The position numbers and the translations under genes were made by a program. From Candidatus Marinacidobacterales bacterium (GTDB lineage Bacteria; Acidobacteriota; Vicinamibacteria; Marinacidobacterales; DATDRI01): DNA of 64,000 nt. Positions 40,088 through 48,930 of this stretch are shown here, piece after piece. The notes under the pieces are model-generated. The model made no database searches, was not told the origin of the DNA, and worked only from the letters and a program-made list of their open reading frames with translations. Location of the stretch: positions 2,048,001-2,112,000 of the forward strand of contig OZ245365.1 of NCBI GenBank assembly GCA_965226495.1, given 5' to 3'. Position 1 is the stretch's first letter. Each line of letters opens with the position of its first letter.

Positions 40088-41089
40088 ATGGCGAGTATAA
40101 AAGAACGCATCTATGGTTGTCTGGTCGGTGTCGCCGCCGGGGACGCTATGGGGATGCCAACTTCCCTCATGAGTCGGGAGGCTATTAAGGAGACTTTCGG
40201 GGAGTACATCGAGGACTTCCTGCCGGCGCCCAAGGGACACGTCATTCATGATCGCATGGTGGCCGGACAAATCACCGACGATACGCAACACACGCTTCTG
40301 ATTGCCGACTCCATCATTCAAAAGGGACGAGTCGATCCGCACGATATCGCCGCTAGATTGATGAAGTGGGCGGAGGAGATGGGGGCCTTTGAGGGGTTGA
40401 TCGTGGGACCGAGCTCGTTGAGGGCGCTGCACCGACTCCGTCAGGGGGTACCCATCGAAGAGTCCGGCGTCACGGGAGATACCAATGGCGCTTCCATGAG
40501 GGTCTCGACGGTGGGGATCTATGGGGGTGGTGATCTCGGGAAAACGGTAGATGCCGTGGCGGCTGCCTGCATGCCGACCCACAACACGAACATCGCTATC
40601 GCGGGCGCGAGCGCAGTGGCTATGGTCATCGGTTGCGGCATCGCCGGCAGCGGGGACGTTGACGAGTTGATATCGCGAGCGCTCGAAGCGGTGGAGCTCG
40701 GTAGCAGCAAGGGGCGAGCCTGGTACGGGGCGTCGATCGTCAAACGTACCAAGCGGGCGCTCGAAATCGTCGAGGGTTCCACGGATCGCGATACGATCAT
40801 GAACGAGCTTTACGATGTCGTGGGCGCTGGCGTAGCCACGACCGAGACGGTACCGGTCTGCCTTGCCATGCTGAAGCTCGCCCAGGGAGAACCGGTGGAC
40901 GCCATCCGCCTGGCCACCAATTTGGGAGGGGATTGCGATACGACGGCCAGTATCGTGGGCGGCATGTGTGGCGCGATTGCCAGTATAAACGCCTTTCCGG
41001 TAGAGTGGATCGACAAACTGGAAGAGGTAAACGGCCTGCACCTCGAGGACTACGCCGATAAACTGACGCAGGTGGTTTCGAGCACTTAA
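40088..41089 (+). CDS. ADP-ribosylglycohydrolase family protein
   Basis: GDAMG, TDDT, NGASMR, PTH, GGDCDT metal motifs. Confidence 0.92.
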   Translation: MASIKERIYGCLVGVAAGDAMGMPTSLMSREAIKETFGEYIEDFLPAPKGHVIHDRMVAGQITDDTQHTLLIADSIIQKGRVDPHDIAARLMKWAEEMGAFEGLIVGPSSLRALHRLRQGVPIEESGVTGDTNGASMRVSTVGIYGGGDLGKTVDAVAAACMPTHNTNIAIAGASAVAMVIGCGIAGSGDVDELISRALEAVELGSSKGRAWYGASIVKRTKRALEIVEGSTDRDTIMNELYDVVGAGVATTETVPVCLAMLKLAQGEPVDAIRLATNLGGDCDTTASIVGGMCGAIASINAFPVEWIDKLEEVNGLHLEDYADKLTQVVSST

Positions 41090-41112
41090 TCCCCTTATCA
41101 CCCCATATCATT

Positions 41113-42789
41113 TTGACCCACGCGTTCTTCCCCACGTTCCTAGCTGCGCTCATTGCTCTTTTGGGTCCCGTACCTACAGAGGAGCGCTTCGAGCTCGCGT
41201 CGCCCCTCGACTTCACGCATCTCGCTGGAGCACCGGACAAGGACTACATCGTTGAGACGATGGGTTCGGGAGTTGCGCTCTTCGACTACGACGGCGACGC
41301 CGATCTAGACATCTACCTCATCAATGGCTCGACGCTCGACAGGGTGGCGACTGGCGAGCCGGGTGAGGCGAATCGGCTCTTCCGAAACGAGGGGGCCTGG
41401 TCGTTCACCGACGTCACCGAGCAGGCGGGAGTGGGGGATCGTGGATTCGGCCAAGGTGTCGCAGTAGCCGATATCGACAACGACGGAGATTCCGATCTCT
41501 ATCTGACCAACTACGGACCCAACGTTCTCTATAGCAACAACGGGGATGGTACGTTCTCCGCGAGCCCCGCGGGGGTCGAGGAAGAGCGGTGGAGCTCGGG
41601 AGCCGCTTTCGGTGATGTCGATAGCGACGGATTCGTCGATCTTTACGTCAGCAATTACCTCGACTTCGACCGTGAGCTGCTCGATCGCGCCATCCCGCGC
41701 CGGTTCTGTGAATGGAAGGGCCTGAAGGTACAGTGTGGGCCCAAGGGTTTCGGCTTCGTATCGGGAGTGCTCTATCACAACCGGGGCGATGGAACTTTCG
41801 AGGACTGGACGGAGCGATCGGGGGTCATGAACCGCGAGACCTACCAGCTGGGTGCCATCTTCTCCGACCTGGACTTGGATGGGGACCAGGACCTCTACGT
41901 CACGACCGACACCACCCTCAACCTGCTCTTCGAGAATCAAGGTGATGGGCGGTTTCGGGATCTATCGCTTCTGTCGGGAACCGCACTCTCCCAAAACGGC
42001 ATGGAACAAGCGGGGATGGGAATCGATGTCGGTGACGTGAACGCCGACGGCCGACCCGACTTGTTCGTTACGAACTTCTCGGACGATTACAACACCCTCT
42101 ACTTGAACCAAGAGGGCTTGACGTTCGTCGACTCCACGGATCTGGCGGGTCTCGGTTTGGCCAGCCTTCACTATCTCGGGTGGAGCACGAGGCTCGCGGA
42201 TTTGGATGCGGATGGAGACCTGGATATTTTCGTGGTGAATGGACATGTTTATCCGCAAGTAGATGGCTCGGATGTCGACGCAAGCTTCCGTCAACCGATG
42301 CAGGTGTTTCTCAATGACGGGCGCGGCAAGTTCGAAGACGCGACCGCAGGGCTCGGGTCGGTTCTCTCGGAGCCTCGTGCTTCGCGAGGCGCCGGGCTCG
42401 GAGATCTGGATGGAAACCACAGCCAGGACGTCGTGGTGAACGTCATGGATGGGTCTCCGGTATTGATTCGCAATCGAATTCCCGTCGCGGACCGCACTGT
42501 GGTCCTGAAGTTGGTCGGGCAGGAATCCAATCGCGGCGCCGTTGGGGCTCTGGTAATCGCGGAGATCGGGGACCGCACAACGGTCCGGGAGGTGCGTGGA
42601 GACCGTGGCTATCAGTCTCATAGCGATTCACGAATCTACATCGGTCTTGGAAACTCCCGGAGGATCGATGGGCTCACCATACGGTGGCCGAGCGGGAGGC
42701 GTGAGCTCCTAACCGAGCTCTCCCCTGGCTCTTATACCGTGCTAGAGGGCCAGGGCATCGTCTGGAAAAGCAAGAAGAAGAAAAACTAG
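41113..42789 (+). CDS. CRTAC1-family protein (FG-GAP repeats + ASPIC/UnbV)
   Basis: Repeated DxDxDGDxD motifs, C-terminal SNRGAVGA...IRWPSG. Confidence 0.9.
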   Translation: MTHAFFPTFLAALIALLGPVPTEERFELASPLDFTHLAGAPDKDYIVETMGSGVALFDYDGDADLDIYLINGSTLDRVATGEPGEANRLFRNEGAWSFTDVTEQAGVGDRGFGQGVAVADIDNDGDSDLYLTNYGPNVLYSNNGDGTFSASPAGVEEERWSSGAAFGDVDSDGFVDLYVSNYLDFDRELLDRAIPRRFCEWKGLKVQCGPKGFGFVSGVLYHNRGDGTFEDWTERSGVMNRETYQLGAIFSDLDLDGDQDLYVTTDTTLNLLFENQGDGRFRDLSLLSGTALSQNGMEQAGMGIDVGDVNADGRPDLFVTNFSDDYNTLYLNQEGLTFVDSTDLAGLGLASLHYLGWSTRLADLDADGDLDIFVVNGHVYPQVDGSDVDASFRQPMQVFLNDGRGKFEDATAGLGSVLSEPRASRGAGLGDLDGNHSQDVVVNVMDGSPVLIRNRIPVADRTVVLKLVGQESNRGAVGALVIAEIGDRTTVREVRGDRGYQSHSDSRIYIGLGNSRRIDGLTIRWPSGRRELLTELSPGSYTVLEGQGIVWKSKKKKN

Positions 42790-42853
42790 ACAGGATAACG
42801 GGATAAGAGACTTCTTGGGTTTTGAATCCTGTTCATCTTGTCAATCCTGTCTA
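42787..42853. repeat. Palindromic ACAGGAT/ATCCTGT repeat element, copy 2
   Basis: Perfect terminal IR tagacaggat ... atcctgtcta. Confidence 0.8.
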
Positions 42854-42904
42854 AATGTCTTTTGAAGGTGGTAGAATTCCTGCCGGTTGGAAGAAGGGAG
42901 GGGC

Positions 42905-43450
42905 ATGGCGTCGGCGATTGAACACGGGCGGACGGACAACATCAGGCGGGCCATTGTCTTTCTCATCCTGTTCGGTTTCTGGCTGATCTTTTCCGGGCAC
43001 TACGATCGGTTCCATATCAGCCTCGGTGTCATTTGTGCCGGACTCGTCGCGTTCTTCTCTTACGACCTGCTACTTCCCGAGCCGAAGTCGTCCAACACAC
43101 TACTGAAAACGTGGCGGTTTCTTCGCTACATACCCTGGCTGGTCTACCAGGTGCTGCTAGCGAACCTTCATGTCGTATACCTGGTCTTCTATCCCAACAA
43201 GATACGCCCTCAGATTGTCCGCTTCAAGACGACTCTGACGAGTGACCTCGCCAAGGTCAGCCTCGCCAACTCCATCACGCTGACGCCGGGGACGATCACG
43301 ATGGATATCAGCGATGGGGAGTTCACCATTCACGCACTGAGCGACAAAGTGGCGAAGGATTTGCTTACCGGCGAAATGGAGCGGCGCGTCGCACACGTCT
43401 TTCTCGAACCGGCTCCTCCAATAAGCCCCACCAGCGGTCGGGAGAGGTGA
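42905..43450 (+). CDS. mrpE: Na+/H+ antiporter subunit E
   Basis: LANSITLTPGTIT signature. Confidence 0.93.
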   Translation: MASAIEHGRTDNIRRAIVFLILFGFWLIFSGHYDRFHISLGVICAGLVAFFSYDLLLPEPKSSNTLLKTWRFLRYIPWLVYQVLLANLHVVYLVFYPNKIRPQIVRFKTTLTSDLAKVSLANSITLTPGTITMDISDGEFTIHALSDKVAKDLLTGEMERRVAHVFLEPAPPISPTSGRER

Positions 43451-43734
43451 TGCCGGGTTTCTTCATCGCCGTTTCTTTGATCATCCTGTTTGCGGCCTTA
43501 CTGTCACTCTACCGGGTGGTCATGGGCCCCGTTATCATCGATCGCATCATCGGCGTCAACGTGCTCGGTACCAAGACAGTCGCCATTATTGTACTCACCG
43601 GGTTCATTTTCGATCGAGTCGAGTTCTTCATCGACATCGCTTTTGTCTATGCGCTCATCAATTTCATTGGAGCCTTGGCGTTTTCGAAGTACTTCGAGAG
43701 GAAGGGTGTGGAAGATCGTAGGATGGCGCCATGA
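43447..43734 (+). CDS. mrpF: Na+/H+ antiporter subunit F
   Basis: RVVMGP..DRI, DIAFVYALINFIG. Confidence 0.92.
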   Translation: MMPGFFIAVSLIILFAALLSLYRVVMGPVIIDRIIGVNVLGTKTVAIIVLTGFIFDRVEFFIDIAFVYALINFIGALAFSKYFERKGVEDRRMAP

Positions 43735-44033
43735 TTGCGGTTGCGGTGATTCTCGTTTGTGCGGGAGTCTTCTTCTTGCTGATGGGGGCGATGGGGCTGC
43801 TCCGCTTCCCCGATTTCTACACCAGGATGCATGCCGCCGGAAAAAGCGACACTCTGGGCAGTCTACTGGTGCTCACCGGCCTCGCGTTTTACGAAGGAGT
43901 CGACCTCACCGCGGTCAAGATCTTGATAATCGCGCTTTTCATCTTCGTAACCAGTCCCACCGCGACACATGCCATGGCTAGAGCCGCCCTCAAGAACAAG
44001 ATGCCGCTCTGGGAAAAGGGAGGAGAGGGCTAG
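43731..44033 (+). CDS. mrpG: Na+/H+ antiporter subunit G
   Basis: GLLRFPDFYTRMHAAGKSDTLG. Confidence 0.93.
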   Translation: MIAVAVILVCAGVFFLLMGAMGLLRFPDFYTRMHAAGKSDTLGSLLVLTGLAFYEGVDLTAVKILIIALFIFVTSPTATHAMARAALKNKMPLWEKGGEG

Positions 44034-44278
44034 TGATTTGGCAACTCGATGTCGCCTTGCTGCTGTTCGCAGTGGTGTGTGCGTTTTGGGCACTGATGGT
44101 CAAGGATCTGTTGGCATCGGTCATTTTGCTCGGAGCCTTTAGTTTATTCATGTGCCTGCTGTGGGTCGAGATGGGTGCGGTGGACGTCGCCTTCACAGAG
44201 GCGTCGGTGGGCGCCGGTATTACTACCGTCTTCTTCGTCATCACGGTCTTCAAGACCGAGAGAGTGAGCAAAGATTGA
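44033..44278 (+). CDS. DUF4040/MbhD-like antiporter subunit
   Basis: AVDVAFTEASVGAG. Confidence 0.88.
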   Translation: MIWQLDVALLLFAVVCAFWALMVKDLLASVILLGAFSLFMCLLWVEMGAVDVAFTEASVGAGITTVFFVITVFKTERVSKD

Positions 44279-44553
44279 AGTACCTCCACCTGGTTGTAAC
44301 CGGAGTGACCGGGCTGCTTCTGATCTTCGGGTCACTGGGTATGCCTAACACCGGCGATCCGGAGTCGCCGGCTAGCCTGCATGTATCTCCGAGATACATC
44401 GAGGAGGGGTATTCGGAGACCAACACTCCGAATATGGTCACCGCAGTGTTGGCCGATTACCGCAGCTTCGACACGTTCGGGGAGACCGTCGTCATCTTTA
44501 CCGCGGCGTTGGCGGTGATTCTCATCCTGCGGACGCGTCGAGACGAGGACTAA
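44275..44553 (+). CDS. MbhE-like antiporter subunit
   Basis: PNMVTAVLADYRSFDTFGE; TTG start overlapping previous stop. Confidence 0.85.
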   Translation: MKYLHLVVTGVTGLLLIFGSLGMPNTGDPESPASLHVSPRYIEEGYSETNTPNMVTAVLADYRSFDTFGETVVIFTAALAVILILRTRRDED

Positions 44554-44555
44554 AC

Positions 44556-44972
44556 GTGATTGCGATACAACAGAGCATCGTCGTGAAGACGGTCTGCCGG
44601 ATTCTCGTGCCTTTCATACAAATGTTCGGTCTCTACGTCATCATGCACGGGCACAGCAGTCCCGGAGGAGGTTTTCAAGGGGGCGTGATCCTGGGATCTA
44701 GCTTCATTTTGCTTTCGCTCGCCTATGGTATCGAGGCGGTGAAACGAAGATTCTCCCTGGCAGCGTTGACCGTACTGACGAGTTTCGGCGTATTTCTCTA
44801 CGCCGCGATCGGTGTCCTTTGCTTGTTCCTTGGGGGGAATTTTCTCGACTACGGGGTCCTTCCCATCGCCGAGCCTCGAGTCATCGGCTCGTTGGGGATC
44901 GAGATCGGCGTGGGAATCACGGTAATGGCGGTGATGGTCTCTATTTTCCACGACCTGATCACGTTCGAGTAG
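44556..44972 (+). CDS. mrpB: MnhB-domain antiporter subunit B
   Basis: HGHSSPGGGFQGG. Confidence 0.92.
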   Translation: MIAIQQSIVVKTVCRILVPFIQMFGLYVIMHGHSSPGGGFQGGVILGSSFILLSLAYGIEAVKRRFSLAALTVLTSFGVFLYAAIGVLCLFLGGNFLDYGVLPIAEPRVIGSLGIEIGVGITVMAVMVSIFHDLITFE

Positions 44973-44980
44973 AGGACGGG

Positions 44981-45367
44981 ATGGACTTCGTCATCGGACA
45001 TTTCAATAGCGTCACCTATATCGTCCTGATGATGATCGGCTTCTACGCTATGACCGGAAAAACCAACCTGGTCAAGAAGCTCGTGGGGATGAATATCTTC
45101 CAGTGGTCCATCATCCTTTTCGTCGTTTCGCTCGGCGCGAAGCGCGGTGCGACAATACCTATCGTTGAGGGAGGCCACGGAGAGCATTTGGTTTTGCAGG
45201 CCGCACGGTACGTGAACCCTTTGCCCCACGTTTTGATGCTGACCGCCATCGTCGTGGGAGTCTCCACGACCGGAGTGGCCCTGGCCCTTCTGCTGCGAAT
45301 CTACAAACGCTACGGGACGCTGGAAGAGGATGAGCTGCTCGAGAAAGTAAGGGCCTCGGGCGACTAG
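44981..45367 (+). CDS. mrpC: Na+/H+ antiporter subunit C
   Basis: NLVKKL, NPLPHVLMLTAIVV. Confidence 0.93.
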   Translation: MDFVIGHFNSVTYIVLMMIGFYAMTGKTNLVKKLVGMNIFQWSIILFVVSLGAKRGATIPIVEGGHGEHLVLQAARYVNPLPHVLMLTAIVVGVSTTGVALALLLRIYKRYGTLEEDELLEKVRASGD

Positions 45368-46875
45368 TGATGAACATCCATCAATCGGCGCTGCCGGTTC
45401 TCATTATCGCGGTCCCACTCATCACCGCCTTCATTCTACCTGTGGTGGCCTTGTGGAAGAGGGGAATGGCATTCCCTCTGGCACTGGCTGCGCTTGCTTT
45501 CTCCTTCGGGGGATCGATCGTGGCGGCCCGAGAGGTGGTGACGCGCGGGCCCCTTCGATATTCCATGGGCGGATGGGCTCCCCCTTGGGGAATCGAGTAT
45601 CACATCGATCACCTCGCGGCGCTCATGTTATTGCTCCTGAGCTTCATCACGTTGCTGGTGGGGATCTATTCGAAGAAGAGCATCTTGAAAGAGCTGCCAG
45701 AAAAAGAGGCTCCTTTTTACGCCGTGTACCTACTCCTGGTCAGCGGTCTGATGGGCATCGTCGCGACCGCCGACATGTTCAACCTGTATGTCTTCCTCGA
45801 AATCACTTCCTTGGCCAGCTACGCCCTCATCTCGCTTGGTGGCGGACGAGCGGTGGTATCGGCCTTCCGGTACGTCATCCTTGGAACTGTGGGGGCGGCC
45901 TTTTATCTGCTATCGGTGAGCTATCTCTACGGCGTCACCGGCACTCTCAACATGGCGGACTTGTCGGGCATTCTTCCCGGTCTCTACCAATCTGATGCGG
46001 TGCTGGTAGGATTCGCCTTCTTCGTGATTGGAATCTCCATCAAGATGGCGCTGTTCCCTATGCACGCGTGGCTCCCGGGGGCGTACTCCGACGCGCCGTC
46101 CGCGGTGAGCGCTCTGATCGCCGCCACCACGACCAAAGTCGCCGCCTACGTGCTGGTTCGCGTGATGTTCTTCGTTTTCGAGCCTCGCTTCGCGATCGAG
46201 TTGATTCCGGTCACAACGCTCTTGAGCTGGATGGGGGCCGTCGCGATGATCCTGGGCTCGGTCATGGCGATCGCTCAGACCGACTTCAAACGGATGCTCG
46301 CCTACTCTTCGGTCGCCCAAATCGGCTACATCGTTTTGGGCATAGGGTTAGCCAATCAAGCTGGGTTGACCGGTGGCCTCTTACACCTCGTCAACCACGC
46401 TTTCATGAAAGGGTGCCTCTTCTTGGTGGCAGGAGCCATCATTTACAGGACGGGCCTACGAAGAATCAGCGACTTTCGAACCCTTTCCGTGAAGATGCCC
46501 TGGACCGCGGCCATCTTCATCATTGCGGCATTCTCGATGATCGGTATTCCTCCGACTTGTGGGTTCTTCAGCAAGCTCTATTTGATCGCCGGTGCCATCG
46601 AGGCGCAGCAGTGGGTCTTCGTGGGTTTCATCCTTTTTAGCAGCGTCTTGGCTCTGGCGTATTTCGGGAACGTAATCCGGTACATGTATTTCCCGTCAGA
46701 GGTTGCGGTGGGGGAGAGTGCGCCAGAAGAGGAACCCACGCGGGATGAGGCTCCTTTGACGATGCTACTCCCAATGATCTGCTTGGCAGTGGGGATCGTG
46801 CTCTTGGGCTTTTTCAATGGTGAGGTGGTCTCCCATTTCCTGGCGCACGCCGTCCCGGAGAGCTTCTCAAGGTGA
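45367..46875 (+). CDS. mrpD: Na+/H+ antiporter subunit D
   Basis: DMFNLYVFLEI, KMALFPMHAWLP, KRMLAYSS. Confidence 0.92.
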   Translation: MMNIHQSALPVLIIAVPLITAFILPVVALWKRGMAFPLALAALAFSFGGSIVAAREVVTRGPLRYSMGGWAPPWGIEYHIDHLAALMLLLLSFITLLVGIYSKKSILKELPEKEAPFYAVYLLLVSGLMGIVATADMFNLYVFLEITSLASYALISLGGGRAVVSAFRYVILGTVGAAFYLLSVSYLYGVTGTLNMADLSGILPGLYQSDAVLVGFAFFVIGISIKMALFPMHAWLPGAYSDAPSAVSALIAATTTKVAAYVLVRVMFFVFEPRFAIELIPVTTLLSWMGAVAMILGSVMAIAQTDFKRMLAYSSVAQIGYIVLGIGLANQAGLTGGLLHLVNHAFMKGCLFLVAGAIIYRTGLRRISDFRTLSVKMPWTAAIFIIAAFSMIGIPPTCGFFSKLYLIAGAIEAQQWVFVGFILFSSVLALAYFGNVIRYMYFPSEVAVGESAPEEEPTRDEAPLTMLLPMICLAVGIVLLGFFNGEVVSHFLAHAVPESFSR

Positions 46876-48929
46876 GATCGTTGACGCCGCTTCTGGCCGC
46901 CTGGATTTGCATCTTCTCACCTTTGGCCGGTGTGGCGGTCACCCCGGTGCTTGCTCGGATCCACGACAAGGCTCGGGATTGGGGGGCGGTCCTATTTTCC
47001 TTCGTCGCGGCGGCTGCGGCTCTCTCCCTACTTCCTCAATTGCTTCATCCGGACGCTCTTCCTTTAGAGAGTAGGCTCGGTTGGCTCGATACGCCGATCG
47101 AGATTGGATTCGGCGTCTTGCTCGATCCGTTGAGCATCGTCCTCGCGAACGTGGTCGCCGTCGTGAGCTTCATCATCATGGTGTACTGCCTCGGCTATAT
47201 GAAAGGCGACGCTGCCCGAACCCGGTTCTGGATGTGGATGAACGGATTCATCGGTAGCATGCTGCTGCTGGTTCTATCCAACAATCTCTTGTTTCTTTTC
47301 GTCGGCTGGAAATTGGTCGGAGTCTGTAGTTACGGCCTCATCGGTTACTACTATCAGGACCAACGGCAATACTGGATCGGGGGGCCGACCCCGACCGCCT
47401 TTGTGACGCCGTCCCAGGCAGGTCTCAAGGCACTTGTGGTCACCGGAGCTGGCGACATGCTCATGTTGGGGGGCATCCTCATCATGTATTTCTACTCCGG
47501 GACTTTGAATCTTCTAAAGCTTTACCAAACCTCCTCCACGTGGATCCCCGAGATGGCGGAGACGCCAGGTATGCTCGCGCTTTTGAGCGTTCTCCTTTTG
47601 GCAGGACCGGTCGGCAAATCGGCTCAGTTTCCTTTTCACGAATGGCTTCCGGAAGCCATGGCCGGTCCGGGGCCGGTCTCCGCTCTCATTCACGCCGCCA
47701 CGATGGTCAAGAGCGGCGTCTATCTAGTGGCGCGATTGGTCCCGCTGTTTTACTACGGGTACTGGGTGGCGGGTGTCGAGGAGGCCTCGTGGTTTTTTTA
47801 CCTGACCGCCTGGATCGGAGCCGTCACTGCTTTTCTCGCCGCGACCCAGGGCATGGTGTCTCTGGAGCTCAAAAAGATCCTCGCTTATTCCACGGTCAGC
47901 CAGATCGGCTACATGATGCTCGGGCTCGGTGTGGCCGGGTTGACTCCCACGCTCCTTCTCGATGGCTACACTGCTGGAATTTTTCATCTCGTGAGCCATG
48001 CTTTGTTCAAGGCCTGCCTGTTCCTCGCCGCCGGGACGATCATTCACGCCGTACATTCCATCTACGTCCAGGACATGGGCGCAATGAGAAAGTATCTACC
48101 TATAACTTGGATTTTCACGCTTCTGGCGGCCCTGTCGTTGGTCGGGCTACCACCTTTCCCCGGCTTCTGGAGCAAGGACGCCGTATTACTTGTCGTCCTG
48201 GAGGCCAACCGGCCGTTGTTCGTTCTGGCGCTCATCACCGTGGGAATCACGGCCTTTTATACTGTTCGCTTCCTGGGCCTCGTCTTTTTCGGTCCGGAGA
48301 GCAAGAACCTTCTACACGTCAAGGGGGAGGGCGGACATCTAAACGACGGTGAGACGTCGATGCGAGTTGCCACCGGCGTCCTGGCGCTTCTCATCGTGGT
48401 GGCGGGCCTCGGGGGCCCGTTCGTGGAGAGAGTGCTTCATCATAGCTTCGAGGTCGGCCTCGCCGGAGAGGTCGCGTCAGTCCCGGTGTTAGCTACCGAG
48501 GTTGCAGAAGAATCTTCTTCTCATGGATTGGTTCCGGTTCTCTCTTTGCTTTTCGTAGCTTTAGGTGCGCTGCCGGCCTACTATCTCTACGTCGGGGGCA
48601 AAGCTTCTCCCCGAGCGTTGATGGAAAGTTATTCTCCGCTCCGAGCGGTCTACACTTTTTTCTGGGACCGATGGTTCATCGATGCGTTCTACCAGCGCGT
48701 CTTCGTCGACGGAACCAAGCGGGCCGCATCATTCGTAGCCGACGACATCGAAGCCTCTTGGGACCGCGTCGTGCACCGTAAGCTTCCGTTGTTGTTCACG
48801 CAAAGCGCAGAGCGTCTACTGCGTCGCTTGCGGACGGAAACGGAGGAGTTGGTTTACAACGTCTCCTATGTTCTCGTCCTATTCGTCTTGTTCTTGACCT
48901 TCCTGTTCATCCGAAAGGGTGGAGGTTAG
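46872..48929 (+). CDS. NuoL/MrpA-like antiporter-type subunit
   Basis: GKSAQFPFHEWLPEAMAGP..VSALIHAATMV, HALFKA. Confidence 0.9.
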   Translation: MRSLTPLLAAWICIFSPLAGVAVTPVLARIHDKARDWGAVLFSFVAAAAALSLLPQLLHPDALPLESRLGWLDTPIEIGFGVLLDPLSIVLANVVAVVSFIIMVYCLGYMKGDAARTRFWMWMNGFIGSMLLLVLSNNLLFLFVGWKLVGVCSYGLIGYYYQDQRQYWIGGPTPTAFVTPSQAGLKALVVTGAGDMLMLGGILIMYFYSGTLNLLKLYQTSSTWIPEMAETPGMLALLSVLLLAGPVGKSAQFPFHEWLPEAMAGPGPVSALIHAATMVKSGVYLVARLVPLFYYGYWVAGVEEASWFFYLTAWIGAVTAFLAATQGMVSLELKKILAYSTVSQIGYMMLGLGVAGLTPTLLLDGYTAGIFHLVSHALFKACLFLAAGTIIHAVHSIYVQDMGAMRKYLPITWIFTLLAALSLVGLPPFPGFWSKDAVLLVVLEANRPLFVLALITVGITAFYTVRFLGLVFFGPESKNLLHVKGEGGHLNDGETSMRVATGVLALLIVVAGLGGPFVERVLHHSFEVGLAGEVASVPVLATEVAEESSSHGLVPVLSLLFVALGALPAYYLYVGGKASPRALMESYSPLRAVYTFFWDRWFIDAFYQRVFVDGTKRAASFVADDIEASWDRVVHRKLPLLFTQSAERLLRRLRTETEELVYNVSYVLVLFVLFLTFLFIRKGGG

Positions 48930-48930
48930 G

